This document shows, in pieces, positions 25,022-33,240 of a stretch of DNA of 33,339 nucleotides. The notes beneath the pieces were generated by a model that saw nothing but the letters and a program-made list of their open reading frames with translations, was not told the origin of the DNA and did not search any database. A program made the position numbers and the translations under genes. This DNA is from an uncultured Candidatus Saccharibacteria bacterium (GTDB taxonomy: Bacteria; Patescibacteriota; Minisyncoccia; Phycocordibacterales; WO2-35-19). The stretch covers positions 1 through 33,339 of the forward strand of contig CAZLFM010000003.1 of the NCBI GenBank assembly GCA_964558845.1, given 5' to 3'. Numbering within the stretch: position 1 is the first letter of the stretch; every line of letters starts with the position of its first letter.

Positions 25022-25639
25022 ATGCACAAAAAAAATAATCAGATAAATAAAGGGGTTAGCTTGGCAGAGATGGTGGTAGTCATAGCGATTTTCGGCATAA
25101 TTTCTGTTGCTGTGGCTAATTTCGGAAGCGAGATATTCAATTTCAATTCTACCGCTGGATCCAATTTGACCGCCCAATCAGAGGGCCGAAGAGTGCTCAA
25201 AACAATGGTCAAAGAACTGCGCAGTGTTTCGCCGTCTAGTGTTGGATCTTATGCCTTGAACCAAGTTGCTACGTCTAGCATTATTTTTTATAGCGACATC
25301 GATGATGACGGACTCAAAGAAAGAATTCGTTATTTTTTGCAAGACACAAACTTAAAAAGGGGGGTGGTCAAACCCTCCGGCAACCCATTGAGTTACAATT
25401 TAGCAAATGAAAATCTAATCACTCTTGCAACTGGCGTAGCAAATGGCGCCACCCCAATATTTGAATACTTTGACCAAAATTACACCGGTAGTTCTTCGGC
25501 GCTTCTAGAACCCGTTCAAGCAACTTCTGTCAGATTGGTTAAAATAAATCTTATTTTAGACAAAGATCCAAACAAAGCTGGCGGGATAATAAACGTAACC
25601 AGTCAAGTGACACTCCGAAATTTGAAAGACAATCTATAA
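25022..25639 (+). CDS. Prepilin-like minor pilin (205 aa)
   Basis: MHKKNNQINKG/VSLAEMVVVIAIFGIISVAV (G-1, E+5). I chose the ATG at 25022, 4 nt after the preceding stop. Confidence 0.75.
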   Translation: MHKKNNQINKGVSLAEMVVVIAIFGIISVAVANFGSEIFNFNSTAGSNLTAQSEGRRVLKTMVKELRSVSPSSVGSYALNQVATSSIIFYSDIDDDGLKERIRYFLQDTNLKRGVVKPSGNPLSYNLANENLITLATGVANGATPIFEYFDQNYTGSSSALLEPVQATSVRLVKINLILDKDPNKAGGIINVTSQVTLRNLKDNL

Positions 25640-25643
25640 AATA

Positions 25644-27107
25644 ATGCTTAAGATTTTAAAAAACAAAAAAGGTCAGCTTTTGATACCAATCATTATGTTT
25701 TCGGCTATTGCCCTGGTCATAACCGGCGGGATAATGAATTGGACCAAAATAACCATCGAGGCCAACAGACAAATGCTTACCAGAGAGCGGGCGATTTATC
25801 TCGCCGAATCAGGGATAGACTATTATAGATGGCACCTCGCTCACGCCCAAGCTGATTACCAAGATGGCACTGGAGCAGACGGGCCATACATCCACAATGT
25901 TTTCGATAAAGATGGCAACATCGCTGGTCAGTTTAGACTAAACATAACTCCGCCACCAATTGGCTCAACCAAGGTGATTATCGAATCAACTGGGATACCG
26001 GCAAGCACAACCATCGAGAGAACTATCCGTGTCGAGATGGCCATACCTTCACTTGCCAAATACGCAGTCGCCGCCAATGATGTAATGCGTTTTGGTGAAG
26101 GCACAGAGGTTTTTGGTCCGATACACTCTAATTTGGGCATCCGTTTTGATGGTCTAGCCCACAACATAGTCACAAGTGCAGTTGCAAGCTATAACGACCC
26201 TGATTCAGACGATTGCAACAACAACAATTCTTTTGGCGTACACACTTGTAAAAATCCGGCCGACCCATCTCCGCCTGCACAAGTGCCAAGCAGGCCAGAC
26301 GTTTTTGAAGTTGGTCGACAATTCCCAGTTCCACAAATAGACTTCTTGGGATTAACCAACGATTTGGCCACAATAAAATCCGAAGCCCAGAGTTCTGGCA
26401 GATACTTTGCACAATCAGGTAGACAAGGCTATCAAATAATTTTTCAAACCAATAATACTTTCAATTTATATCGAGTAAACTCACAAACAAACCCGGGCCT
26501 TTTCTGTTTCAACTCTCAAAATCAAAGTGGTTGGGCTACGTGGAGCATCAACAGCAAAACACTGCTTGGTAATTATGAAATACCAGAAAACGGACTTATT
26601 TTTGTAGAAGACAACCTTTGGGTTGAGGGCCAAATCGATGGTTCGAGAGCTACTGTGGTAGCTGGCCGCTTTCCAGATAATCCGCAAAATAGACCTGGCA
26701 TTGTGGTCAACAACAATTTACTGTACTCAAACTATGACGGCAGCGATGTGCTTGCCCTAATTTCTCAGGGTAACATAAATATCGGCTTAAATTCTTCAAA
26801 CACCCTAAGAATTGATTCTGCCCTCATCGCCCAAAACGGTAGGGTTGGCAGACACTATTATAGTTCTTCGTGTGGATCAAATTATACTCGTTCTTCTATA
26901 ACACTCTACGGAATGATTGCCACCTATCAGCGCTACGGATTTGCTTACACGGGCAATAATTTCAATTGTGGTGGTAGTATTGGTAATATCGGAAGCGGTT
27001 ATTGCTCTCGTGTTTTGAATTATGACGCCAATTTGCTCTATGGCCCACCGCCAAGTTTCCCTCTGACATCGGATCAGTACGAGATCCTTTCCTGGCAGGA
27101 AATATAG
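25644..27107 (+). CDS. PilX-like or pilus-associated protein with N-terminal anchor (487 aa)
   Basis: KKG/QLLIPIIMFSAIALVITGG hydrophobic N-terminus without E+5. Large Asn/Gly/Ser-rich extracellular part. Last gene of the pilus block. Confidence 0.6.
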   Translation: MLKILKNKKGQLLIPIIMFSAIALVITGGIMNWTKITIEANRQMLTRERAIYLAESGIDYYRWHLAHAQADYQDGTGADGPYIHNVFDKDGNIAGQFRLNITPPPIGSTKVIIESTGIPASTTIERTIRVEMAIPSLAKYAVAANDVMRFGEGTEVFGPIHSNLGIRFDGLAHNIVTSAVASYNDPDSDDCNNNNSFGVHTCKNPADPSPPAQVPSRPDVFEVGRQFPVPQIDFLGLTNDLATIKSEAQSSGRYFAQSGRQGYQIIFQTNNTFNLYRVNSQTNPGLFCFNSQNQSGWATWSINSKTLLGNYEIPENGLIFVEDNLWVEGQIDGSRATVVAGRFPDNPQNRPGIVVNNNLLYSNYDGSDVLALISQGNINIGLNSSNTLRIDSALIAQNGRVGRHYYSSSCGSNYTRSSITLYGMIATYQRYGFAYTGNNFNCGGSIGNIGSGYCSRVLNYDANLLYGPPPSFPLTSDQYEILSWQEI

Positions 27108-27113
27108 GATATA

Positions 27114-27902
27114 ATGGTAGGAATGAAAAAGCGCAACTTAATTGTGGCAAATTGGAAGATGAACCCAAGCTCGCTTTTGGAAGCCAAGGGTCTGTTTTCT
27201 ACTACGAAGAAAGTTGCGAGCACCCTCAAGAATACCGACGTGGTAATTTGTCCACCTTTTGTCTTTTTGGAAAGCTTGGCTAAAACCACAAGGCCCAAAA
27301 ATCTAACCCTTGGTGCCCAAAACATATCAAGCGAAAGAAAAGGGGCTTTTACCGGAGAAATTAGCGGTGAAATGGTAAGAAAGCTCGAAGGGCGCTACGT
27401 TATAATTGGCCACTCGGAAAGAAGAAGCTCTGTTTTTGGCGTTGGCGAAACAGACAAAATTGTAAACGCAAAAATGTTGGTGGCTTTGGAGTCTGGCTTA
27501 ATACCAATACTTTGTGTTGGGGAGAAAGAGAGAGACGGCGATGCTTCTTATCTTTCATTTATCAAAGAACAATTGAGAGCTGGCCTTTTAAACCTATCCA
27601 AGAAAGACCTAGTAGGAATAATAGTCGCCTACGAGCCAATTTGGTCAATCGGTAAATCATACAAAGAAACGATGAGCCCGACCGATATCCACGAAATGAG
27701 TTTGTTTATAAAAAAATCTATTGGCGAAATTTATGGCAGAGATATTGGTAATAGTGCCAAAGTGCTTTATGGTGGCTCGGTAGAAAAAGAGAACACCGAA
27801 AACATAATGCGCTACGGCGACGTTTATGGACTCCTTGTAGGACATTCTTCTTTGATAGCCGAGGAATTTGCCAATATTCTAAAATTAGCCGATATAAAAT
27901 AA
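27114..27902 (+). CDS. tpiA: Triosephosphate isomerase
   Basis: 262 aa with VANWKMN, IIGHSERR, VAYEPIWSIG and YGGSV. An alternative start is the ATG at 27123. Confidence 0.93.
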   Translation: MVGMKKRNLIVANWKMNPSSLLEAKGLFSTTKKVASTLKNTDVVICPPFVFLESLAKTTRPKNLTLGAQNISSERKGAFTGEISGEMVRKLEGRYVIIGHSERRSSVFGVGETDKIVNAKMLVALESGLIPILCVGEKERDGDASYLSFIKEQLRAGLLNLSKKDLVGIIVAYEPIWSIGKSYKETMSPTDIHEMSLFIKKSIGEIYGRDIGNSAKVLYGGSVEKENTENIMRYGDVYGLLVGHSSLIAEEFANILKLADIK

Positions 27903-27916
27903 TTCAAAAAACTTCA

Positions 27917-28939
27917 ATGAGATCGATAAGAGAAGCCGAGATAATAAAAGGAACCAAGGTACTAATCAGAGTCGACTGGAATGTCCCCATACAAGACTGC
28001 CAAGTTTTGGATACATCAAGAATCGAAGCTTCATTAGAAACAATAAATTTTGTCTTAGAGAGGGAAGGGAAAGTTATACTGATGAGCCACCTCGGCGATG
28101 GCACTGATTCTCTTGGCATTGTGGCCGAAGAAGCAAGAAAATTTTTCCCAAATATCAGTTTCAAATTTGTAAGCGACCCTTGGAATTCAAGCTCCGATAG
28201 TGGCAAAAATGGCCTCGACTATTTGGAAAGTGGCGGCATTGCCTTGATTGAAAACCTAAGATTTTGGGCCGAAAAAGAAAATGATCCAAAATTTGCTGAG
28301 CAACTGGCAATGTTTGGCGATATTTATGTCAATGAAGCCTTTTCGGTTTCGCACCGAGCCCACACTTCAATTGTTGGTGTGCCCAAACTTCTACCAAGTT
28401 TTGCTGGATTTCACTTTTTAGAAGAATATGAGAATCTTTCCAAAGCCTTTGACCCAAAACATCCATTCCTTTTTATTTTGGGTGGGGCCAAGCTTGAAAC
28501 AAAGTTGCCTTTGGTCAATGAATTTTTGAATATCGCTGACAATATTTTTATCGGCGGAGCGCTTGCTAAACCCGCTTCAGAAACCGACCTCGCCCAAAAT
28601 CCAAAAATTATTCTGCCCAAAGGTAATTTGTGCGCTTTGGACACCAACCCCGAAACTCTTGAGATGTTGCAGGAGAAAATAAATGGGGCCAAGTTTATTT
28701 TGTGGAACGGCCCGCTTGGCAAATACGAAGACGGTTATGACCAGGGCACAAAAGCTCTAGCCAAAATACTGAGCGAGTGCGAGGCTGAAGTAATAGTCGG
28801 CGGGGGCGACACAGAAGAGGTGATTGACGTTTTAGATATCGAAGATAAATTCAATTGGGTCTCGCTTGCCGGTGGCGCCATGCTCGACTTTTTGGCCAAG
28901 CGCACCCTGCCAGGGATTGAAGCGTTGGACGAAAGCTAA
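27917..28939 (+). CDS. pgk: Phosphoglycerate kinase (short form, 340 aa)
   Basis: IRVDWNVP, SRIEASL.TI, VILMSHLG, ENLRFW..E, YVNEAFSVSHRAHTS, LWNGPLG, GGGDT and GGGAMLDFL. Confidence 0.9.
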   Translation: MRSIREAEIIKGTKVLIRVDWNVPIQDCQVLDTSRIEASLETINFVLEREGKVILMSHLGDGTDSLGIVAEEARKFFPNISFKFVSDPWNSSSDSGKNGLDYLESGGIALIENLRFWAEKENDPKFAEQLAMFGDIYVNEAFSVSHRAHTSIVGVPKLLPSFAGFHFLEEYENLSKAFDPKHPFLFILGGAKLETKLPLVNEFLNIADNIFIGGALAKPASETDLAQNPKIILPKGNLCALDTNPETLEMLQEKINGAKFILWNGPLGKYEDGYDQGTKALAKILSECEAEVIVGGGDTEEVIDVLDIEDKFNWVSLAGGAMLDFLAKRTLPGIEALDES

Positions 28940-29301
28940 GAGCTTAGAGCTTCTAAAATTTTATTTTGGTTAGTTTCAAAATCTTTTTTAACTCCTTTGA
29001 CTTTGTGATCGGGTATGAGCCAGATGTGAGCGTGGGGGACTTCTTCGCCGACAATTTTAGATATAATCCAATCGGTTTCAAAAGCTTTCATCTGCGCTTT
29101 GGCAACCTTTTGTGCAACTTCAAAATACTCTCCGGCATTTGGCACGTCCCAAACCCATCTATAGTGAGTCTTTGGCACAACCAGTGTATGGCCAGGCGAT
29201 TCGGGATTGATGTCCAAAAAGGCCAAGAAGTTTTCGTCCTCATAGACTTTGTAACTTGGTATTTCGCCATTCACTATTTTGCAAAAGATGCAGTTTTCCA
29301 T
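28936..29301 (-). CDS. HIT-family nucleotide hydrolase
   Basis: 121 aa with CIFCKIV.GEIP and the histidine triad HAHIWLIP. Its stop overlaps the pgk stop by 4 nt (convergent). Confidence 0.88.
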   Translation of the reverse strand: MENCIFCKIVNGEIPSYKVYEDENFLAFLDINPESPGHTLVVPKTHYRWVWDVPNAGEYFEVAQKVAKAQMKAFETDWIISKIVGEEVPHAHIWLIPDHKVKGVKKDFETNQNKILEALSS

Positions 29302-29323
29302 CGCTCTATTATATCACCCCCCG

Positions 29324-29350
29324 CCCCCTCTTACATTAAGAGGGGGTTTT
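29324..29350 (+). terminator. Terminator-like hairpin in the recJ leader
   Basis: CCCCCTCTT-acatt-AAGAGGGGG followed by TTTT. No plus-strand gene ends immediately upstream. Confidence 0.4.
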
Positions 29351-29355
29351 CGGCT

Positions 29356-29407
29356 CCCTTCCCCTTCGCAACCCGTCCGACTGGGTCATCCGGGCGGAGG
29401 GGAAGGG
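29356..29407. repeat. GC-rich nested hairpin (family copy C)
   Basis: Outer helix CCCTTCCCCT (29356-29365) / AGGGGAAGGG (29398-29407). Inner helix CCGTCCG (29373-29379) / CGGGCGG (29391-29397). The 10-mer ACCCGTCCGA is identical to 7608-7617. Confidence 0.8.
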
Positions 29408-29443
29408 TTGGGGATGAGGTCGAGAGAGTGGTATCATACCCCT

Positions 29444-31165
29444 ATGTCCAAAAAATATTCTGCAAAACCCAAAGTTTCCGATAATCTGGTAGAACAGCTT
29501 TTACACAACAGGGGTATCAAGACCGAGGAGGAAAAACTGAATTTCCTAAACCCCAATTTTGAAGCTCATTTGCACGACCCATTTCTTTTGCCTGATATGA
29601 AAAAAGCGGTCGAAAGAATTCTGGCCGCTATAGAAAAAAATCAGAAAATCGGCATTTGGAGCGATTATGATGCCGACGGTATCCCTGGCGGGGCGCTCCT
29701 TCATGACTTTTTTAAGCTCATTGGCTATAACAATTTTGTAAATTATATACCCGACCGACACGATGAGGGGTATGGACTAAACATAGAGGGTATAAAAGAA
29801 TTGAAAGAAGAGAATTTAGAACTTTTGATAACGATAGACTGTGGCATTAGAGACAATGAGGCAATAGATTATGCAAACTCACAAAATATAGAGACTATAA
29901 TTACTGACCACCATGAACCTGCCGAAAAATTACCAAAAGCCTTTGCTATAGTTAATCCAAAACTAAAAAATTCGAAATACCCAGAACAGATACTCTGTGG
30001 TACGGGTGTGGTGTGGAAATTGATTGAAGCGATTCTAAAAACCAAAAGAGATTTTATAAAGGAAGGCCAACCCTTCGAGTTACCTCAAGGTCAAGAAAAG
30101 TGGTTGCTCGACCTGGTAGGACTTGCCACTCTTTCAGATATGGTGCCGCTCGTGGGGGAGAACAGAGCGCTCGCGCATTATGGTTTGCAAGTTTTGCGCA
30201 AAACTCGTAGGCCAGGCTTGCGCAAACTCTACAAGATGCTCCGGATCGTGCCCGAAACTTTGAGCGAGGACGATATTGGTTTCCTTATTTCACCCCGAAT
30301 CAACGCCGCTTCTAGAATGGGTTGCCCGAGAGACGCGTTTGATTTGCTGGTAGCCAAAAACGAAGCCGAGGCTGAAGTGGTAGCCAAACACCTCGACGCA
30401 ATCAATAACGAAAGAAAGGGCATGGTCGCCTCTATAGTCAAAGAAGCCAAAAAACATATAAAGGAGAAGTTTCAGAATACTGGAGAAAAGCCAGTCATTG
30501 TAACCGGGGATACCAAATGGCGCCCGTCGCTCCTCGGGCTTGCGGCCAACTCGATTGCCGAGGAGTATGGACGGCCGGTATTCTTGTGGGGCGGTGCTTC
30601 GGTCAGAAATTCTACCGACAAAAATACCGAATTGCTCAAGGGTTCTTGTCGATCAGACGGCTCGACTGACTTGGTCGCTATCATGGAACGAGCCAAAGAT
30701 GCCTTTATCGAATTTGGTGGACACAAATTTTCTGGTGGTTTCTCGGTTTCTTACGAAAAGATTCACTCGCTCGAAGAAGCTCTGATCGATGCGTGCACTC
30801 ATACTGTAAAGGCGGATTCAGAAACCTTGACTGACACCGAACTTGAAATAAATAGTGTGAGCGAAAGTATAGCCAACCAAATTTTACAACTCGCACCATT
30901 TGGCGTTGGTAACGAAAAGCCCCTCTTTATTTTCCGCGATGTCTTGCCAAGCAAAGTCGCTCGCTTTGGCAAAGAGAGCAATCATTTGGAAGTGGTATTT
31001 GCGGATTCACAGCGAAAAGTCCGTGCGATTGGCTTTTTCAAATCACCTGATGATTGGGGCGATAATTTGAAAGAGGGCATCAAGACCAACTTGGTCGCCC
31101 ATATCGAAAAATCAGGCTGGAACGGCCGAACCGAAATCCGCCTCCGCATCGTCGATTTCTTTTGA
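29444..31165 (+). CDS. recJ: Single-stranded-DNA-specific exonuclease RecJ
   Basis: 573 aa from the ATG at 29444. DHH motifs (IWSDYDADGI, ITIDCG, ITDHH) and DHHA1 (GGHKFSGG). The ORF-track start at 29279 reads through the GC-rich leader and overlaps the HIT gene. Confidence 0.92.
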   Translation: MSKKYSAKPKVSDNLVEQLLHNRGIKTEEEKLNFLNPNFEAHLHDPFLLPDMKKAVERILAAIEKNQKIGIWSDYDADGIPGGALLHDFFKLIGYNNFVNYIPDRHDEGYGLNIEGIKELKEENLELLITIDCGIRDNEAIDYANSQNIETIITDHHEPAEKLPKAFAIVNPKLKNSKYPEQILCGTGVVWKLIEAILKTKRDFIKEGQPFELPQGQEKWLLDLVGLATLSDMVPLVGENRALAHYGLQVLRKTRRPGLRKLYKMLRIVPETLSEDDIGFLISPRINAASRMGCPRDAFDLLVAKNEAEAEVVAKHLDAINNERKGMVASIVKEAKKHIKEKFQNTGEKPVIVTGDTKWRPSLLGLAANSIAEEYGRPVFLWGGASVRNSTDKNTELLKGSCRSDGSTDLVAIMERAKDAFIEFGGHKFSGGFSVSYEKIHSLEEALIDACTHTVKADSETLTDTELEINSVSESIANQILQLAPFGVGNEKPLFIFRDVLPSKVARFGKESNHLEVVFADSQRKVRAIGFFKSPDDWGDNLKEGIKTNLVAHIEKSGWNGRTEIRLRIVDFF

Positions 31166-31170
31166 TTTTT

Positions 31171-31195
31171 CCCTCCTCTTGATGTAAGGGGAGGG
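31171..31195. repeat. C/T-rich hairpin downstream of recJ, related to 29324-29346
   Basis: CCCTCCTCTT-gatgt-AAGGGGAGGG. Its reverse complement contains CTTACATCAAGAGG, compared with CTTACATTAAGAGG at 29328-29343. Confidence 0.6.
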
Positions 31196-31231
31196 CAGGG
31201 TGGGGTTATTTAAATATGCTAAAATCATTTT

Positions 31232-31720
31232 ATGAGTTTCATTATTTACACCGATGGATCATCGCGCGGCAACCCGGGACCTGGGGGGTGGGCCGCCATC
31301 ATTGAAGAACGAGATACGAGTAAAGAGTTACGAATAAAAGAAATCGGGGGCAGGGAAGAGATGACGACCAATAATAGAATGGAGATGCGGGCGGTGATAG
31401 AGGGTCTCAAAAATACACCAGAAAGGAGTCGGGTCGAGATTCACGCTGATTCAGAATATGTAATAAAGGGTGCGACGGAGTGGATTCACAACTGGCAAAA
31501 AAATAATTGGCGCACCAAGGCCAAAAAAGATGTGCTCAACAAAGATCTCTGGCTCGCCTTGCTTGCCGAAATGGAAAAAAGGGAAGTTGCTTGGAAGAAG
31601 GTGGCAGGACACTCGGGGCATTCTTACAATGATCGTTGTGACGAAATAGCCACAAGTATGGCCGACAACTTAAATATAAAATTATATGAGGGTCCAAAGT
31701 CGGGCTATGGCGTAAGTTAA
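31232..31720 (+). CDS. rnhA: Ribonuclease HI
   Basis: 162 aa with IYTDGSSRGNPGPGGWAAI, TNNRMEM, and HADSEY...W...W...H.GH..N..CDE.A. Confidence 0.93.
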   Translation: MSFIIYTDGSSRGNPGPGGWAAIIEERDTSKELRIKEIGGREEMTTNNRMEMRAVIEGLKNTPERSRVEIHADSEYVIKGATEWIHNWQKNNWRTKAKKDVLNKDLWLALLAEMEKREVAWKKVAGHSGHSYNDRCDEIATSMADNLNIKLYEGPKSGYGVS

Positions 31721-31722
31721 AA

Positions 31723-33207
31723 ATGATTTACCTGGCGACAATTTCTTTCGCTCTAGGAATTTTGATAGCAGAATTTGGACAGCTCGGGATAAGCCTCGCG
31801 CTTTTTGTTTTTATTGTCGGCGGACTAGTTGCTCTTATAATCCAAAAAGAAAATCAATATATTGCTAAAATAATTTTGCTTAGCTGTCTTTTTCTTGCTA
31901 TTGGCATTTTACGCATGAGCTGGGCTGAGCCAAAAATTGATAAAGAGTTATTAACTCATGTCGGAGAAAAGGTAACGGTGCTTGGAAAAATAGCCGATGA
32001 ACCCGATTGGCGCGACAGCGGTGTGCGTTATGTGGCGCAACCGGAAAACAGTGCGTCAAAAATTTTGCTCGTTGTAAATAATTTTTCGGATATCGAATAT
32101 GGCGACAAAATAAAATTTAGCGGCCGACTTGATCGACCTAAAAATTTTGTTGCATCCGCCGATGAGGCGGATAAAGATAACAATGTGGAGTTCGACTATG
32201 TATCTTTTTTAGCCAAAGATCAGATTCATTTTACAATTTGGAATCCAGAAATAGAAATTGTGGCAGTGGGGCAGGGGAGTTTGATCAGCAAACTTTATGA
32301 TTTGAAAAATGTGTTTGTCAGCAAAATTGCCACGGTTGTGCCCGAACCCAACTCTTCGCTCCTCGCCGGACTAATCTTCGGAGTGAAGCAATCTTTGGGC
32401 AGTGAACTTTTGGAAAAGTTTCGCCAAGTTGGTCTGATCCACATCGTCGTCCTCTCGGGTTACAACCTTGGCATCATCGCTTATGCCGTGCTTCTTGCCA
32501 CTTCATATTTTGGCAAAAGAAACGCCGGACTTTTGGCGAGTGGCATTTTTATAATTTTGTTTGCGTTTATGGTCGGGCTCGGAGCGACAGTCGTGCGCGC
32601 TGGGATTATGGCACTCCTCGCTATCTTGGCTCGATTTTTGGGCCGGCCGGCGAAGGCTTTACGTTGGCTTTTTATCGCCGGAGCATTGATGCTTCTTTGG
32701 AACCCGCTTTCACTATCGAGTGATCCATCTTTCCAACTTTCTTTTATGGCCACACTCGGACTGATTCTTTTTTCGCCATTTTTTTATTCGCTCATTGCAC
32801 ACAAATTTTCTTTTATTCCAGAGAAGTTTGCCTTGCGTGAAATCATCGCCGCAACTTTCGCGGTGCAAATTTTTATTCTACCTCTGCTCATCAAAATGTC
32901 GGGTGAGATCTCACTCGTTTCTTTTTTGGTCAATCCTCTGGTGCTACCCGTCGTGCCGATTGTGATGGCGCTCGGCGCACTTACCGGCTTTGCGGGCGCT
33001 CTGCCTTTTATCGGTAAAATTATTTCTTGGCCGTTTGGTGCGCTCGCGTTTATAGCAAGTGAATTTATTATCCGCGTCGTAGAAATATTTTCAGCCCTCT
33101 CTTTTGCCGTGGTCCCAATCGGCACGTTGCCGCTTTATGTGATTATCATCTGGTATGCCTTCTACGCTTACGTCTATTACAAGCTCAAGAATTTATGGGT
33201 TTCATAG
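31723..33207 (+). CDS. comEC: ComEC/Rec2 DNA internalisation channel (no C-terminal metallo-beta-lactamase domain)
   Basis: 494 aa. N-terminal TM plus OB-like (DUF4131-like) region, then a polytopic Competence domain (GLIHIVVLSGYNLG...). The ORF ends right after the membrane domain. Confidence 0.85.
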   Translation: MIYLATISFALGILIAEFGQLGISLALFVFIVGGLVALIIQKENQYIAKIILLSCLFLAIGILRMSWAEPKIDKELLTHVGEKVTVLGKIADEPDWRDSGVRYVAQPENSASKILLVVNNFSDIEYGDKIKFSGRLDRPKNFVASADEADKDNNVEFDYVSFLAKDQIHFTIWNPEIEIVAVGQGSLISKLYDLKNVFVSKIATVVPEPNSSLLAGLIFGVKQSLGSELLEKFRQVGLIHIVVLSGYNLGIIAYAVLLATSYFGKRNAGLLASGIFIILFAFMVGLGATVVRAGIMALLAILARFLGRPAKALRWLFIAGALMLLWNPLSLSSDPSFQLSFMATLGLILFSPFFYSLIAHKFSFIPEKFALREIIAATFAVQIFILPLLIKMSGEISLVSFLVNPLVLPVVPIVMALGALTGFAGALPFIGKIISWPFGALAFIASEFIIRVVEIFSALSFAVVPIGTLPLYVIIIWYAFYAYVYYKLKNLWVS

Positions 33208-33240
33208 CCTTAGCCTCCAAAAAACCATTTATTAGTTTCA

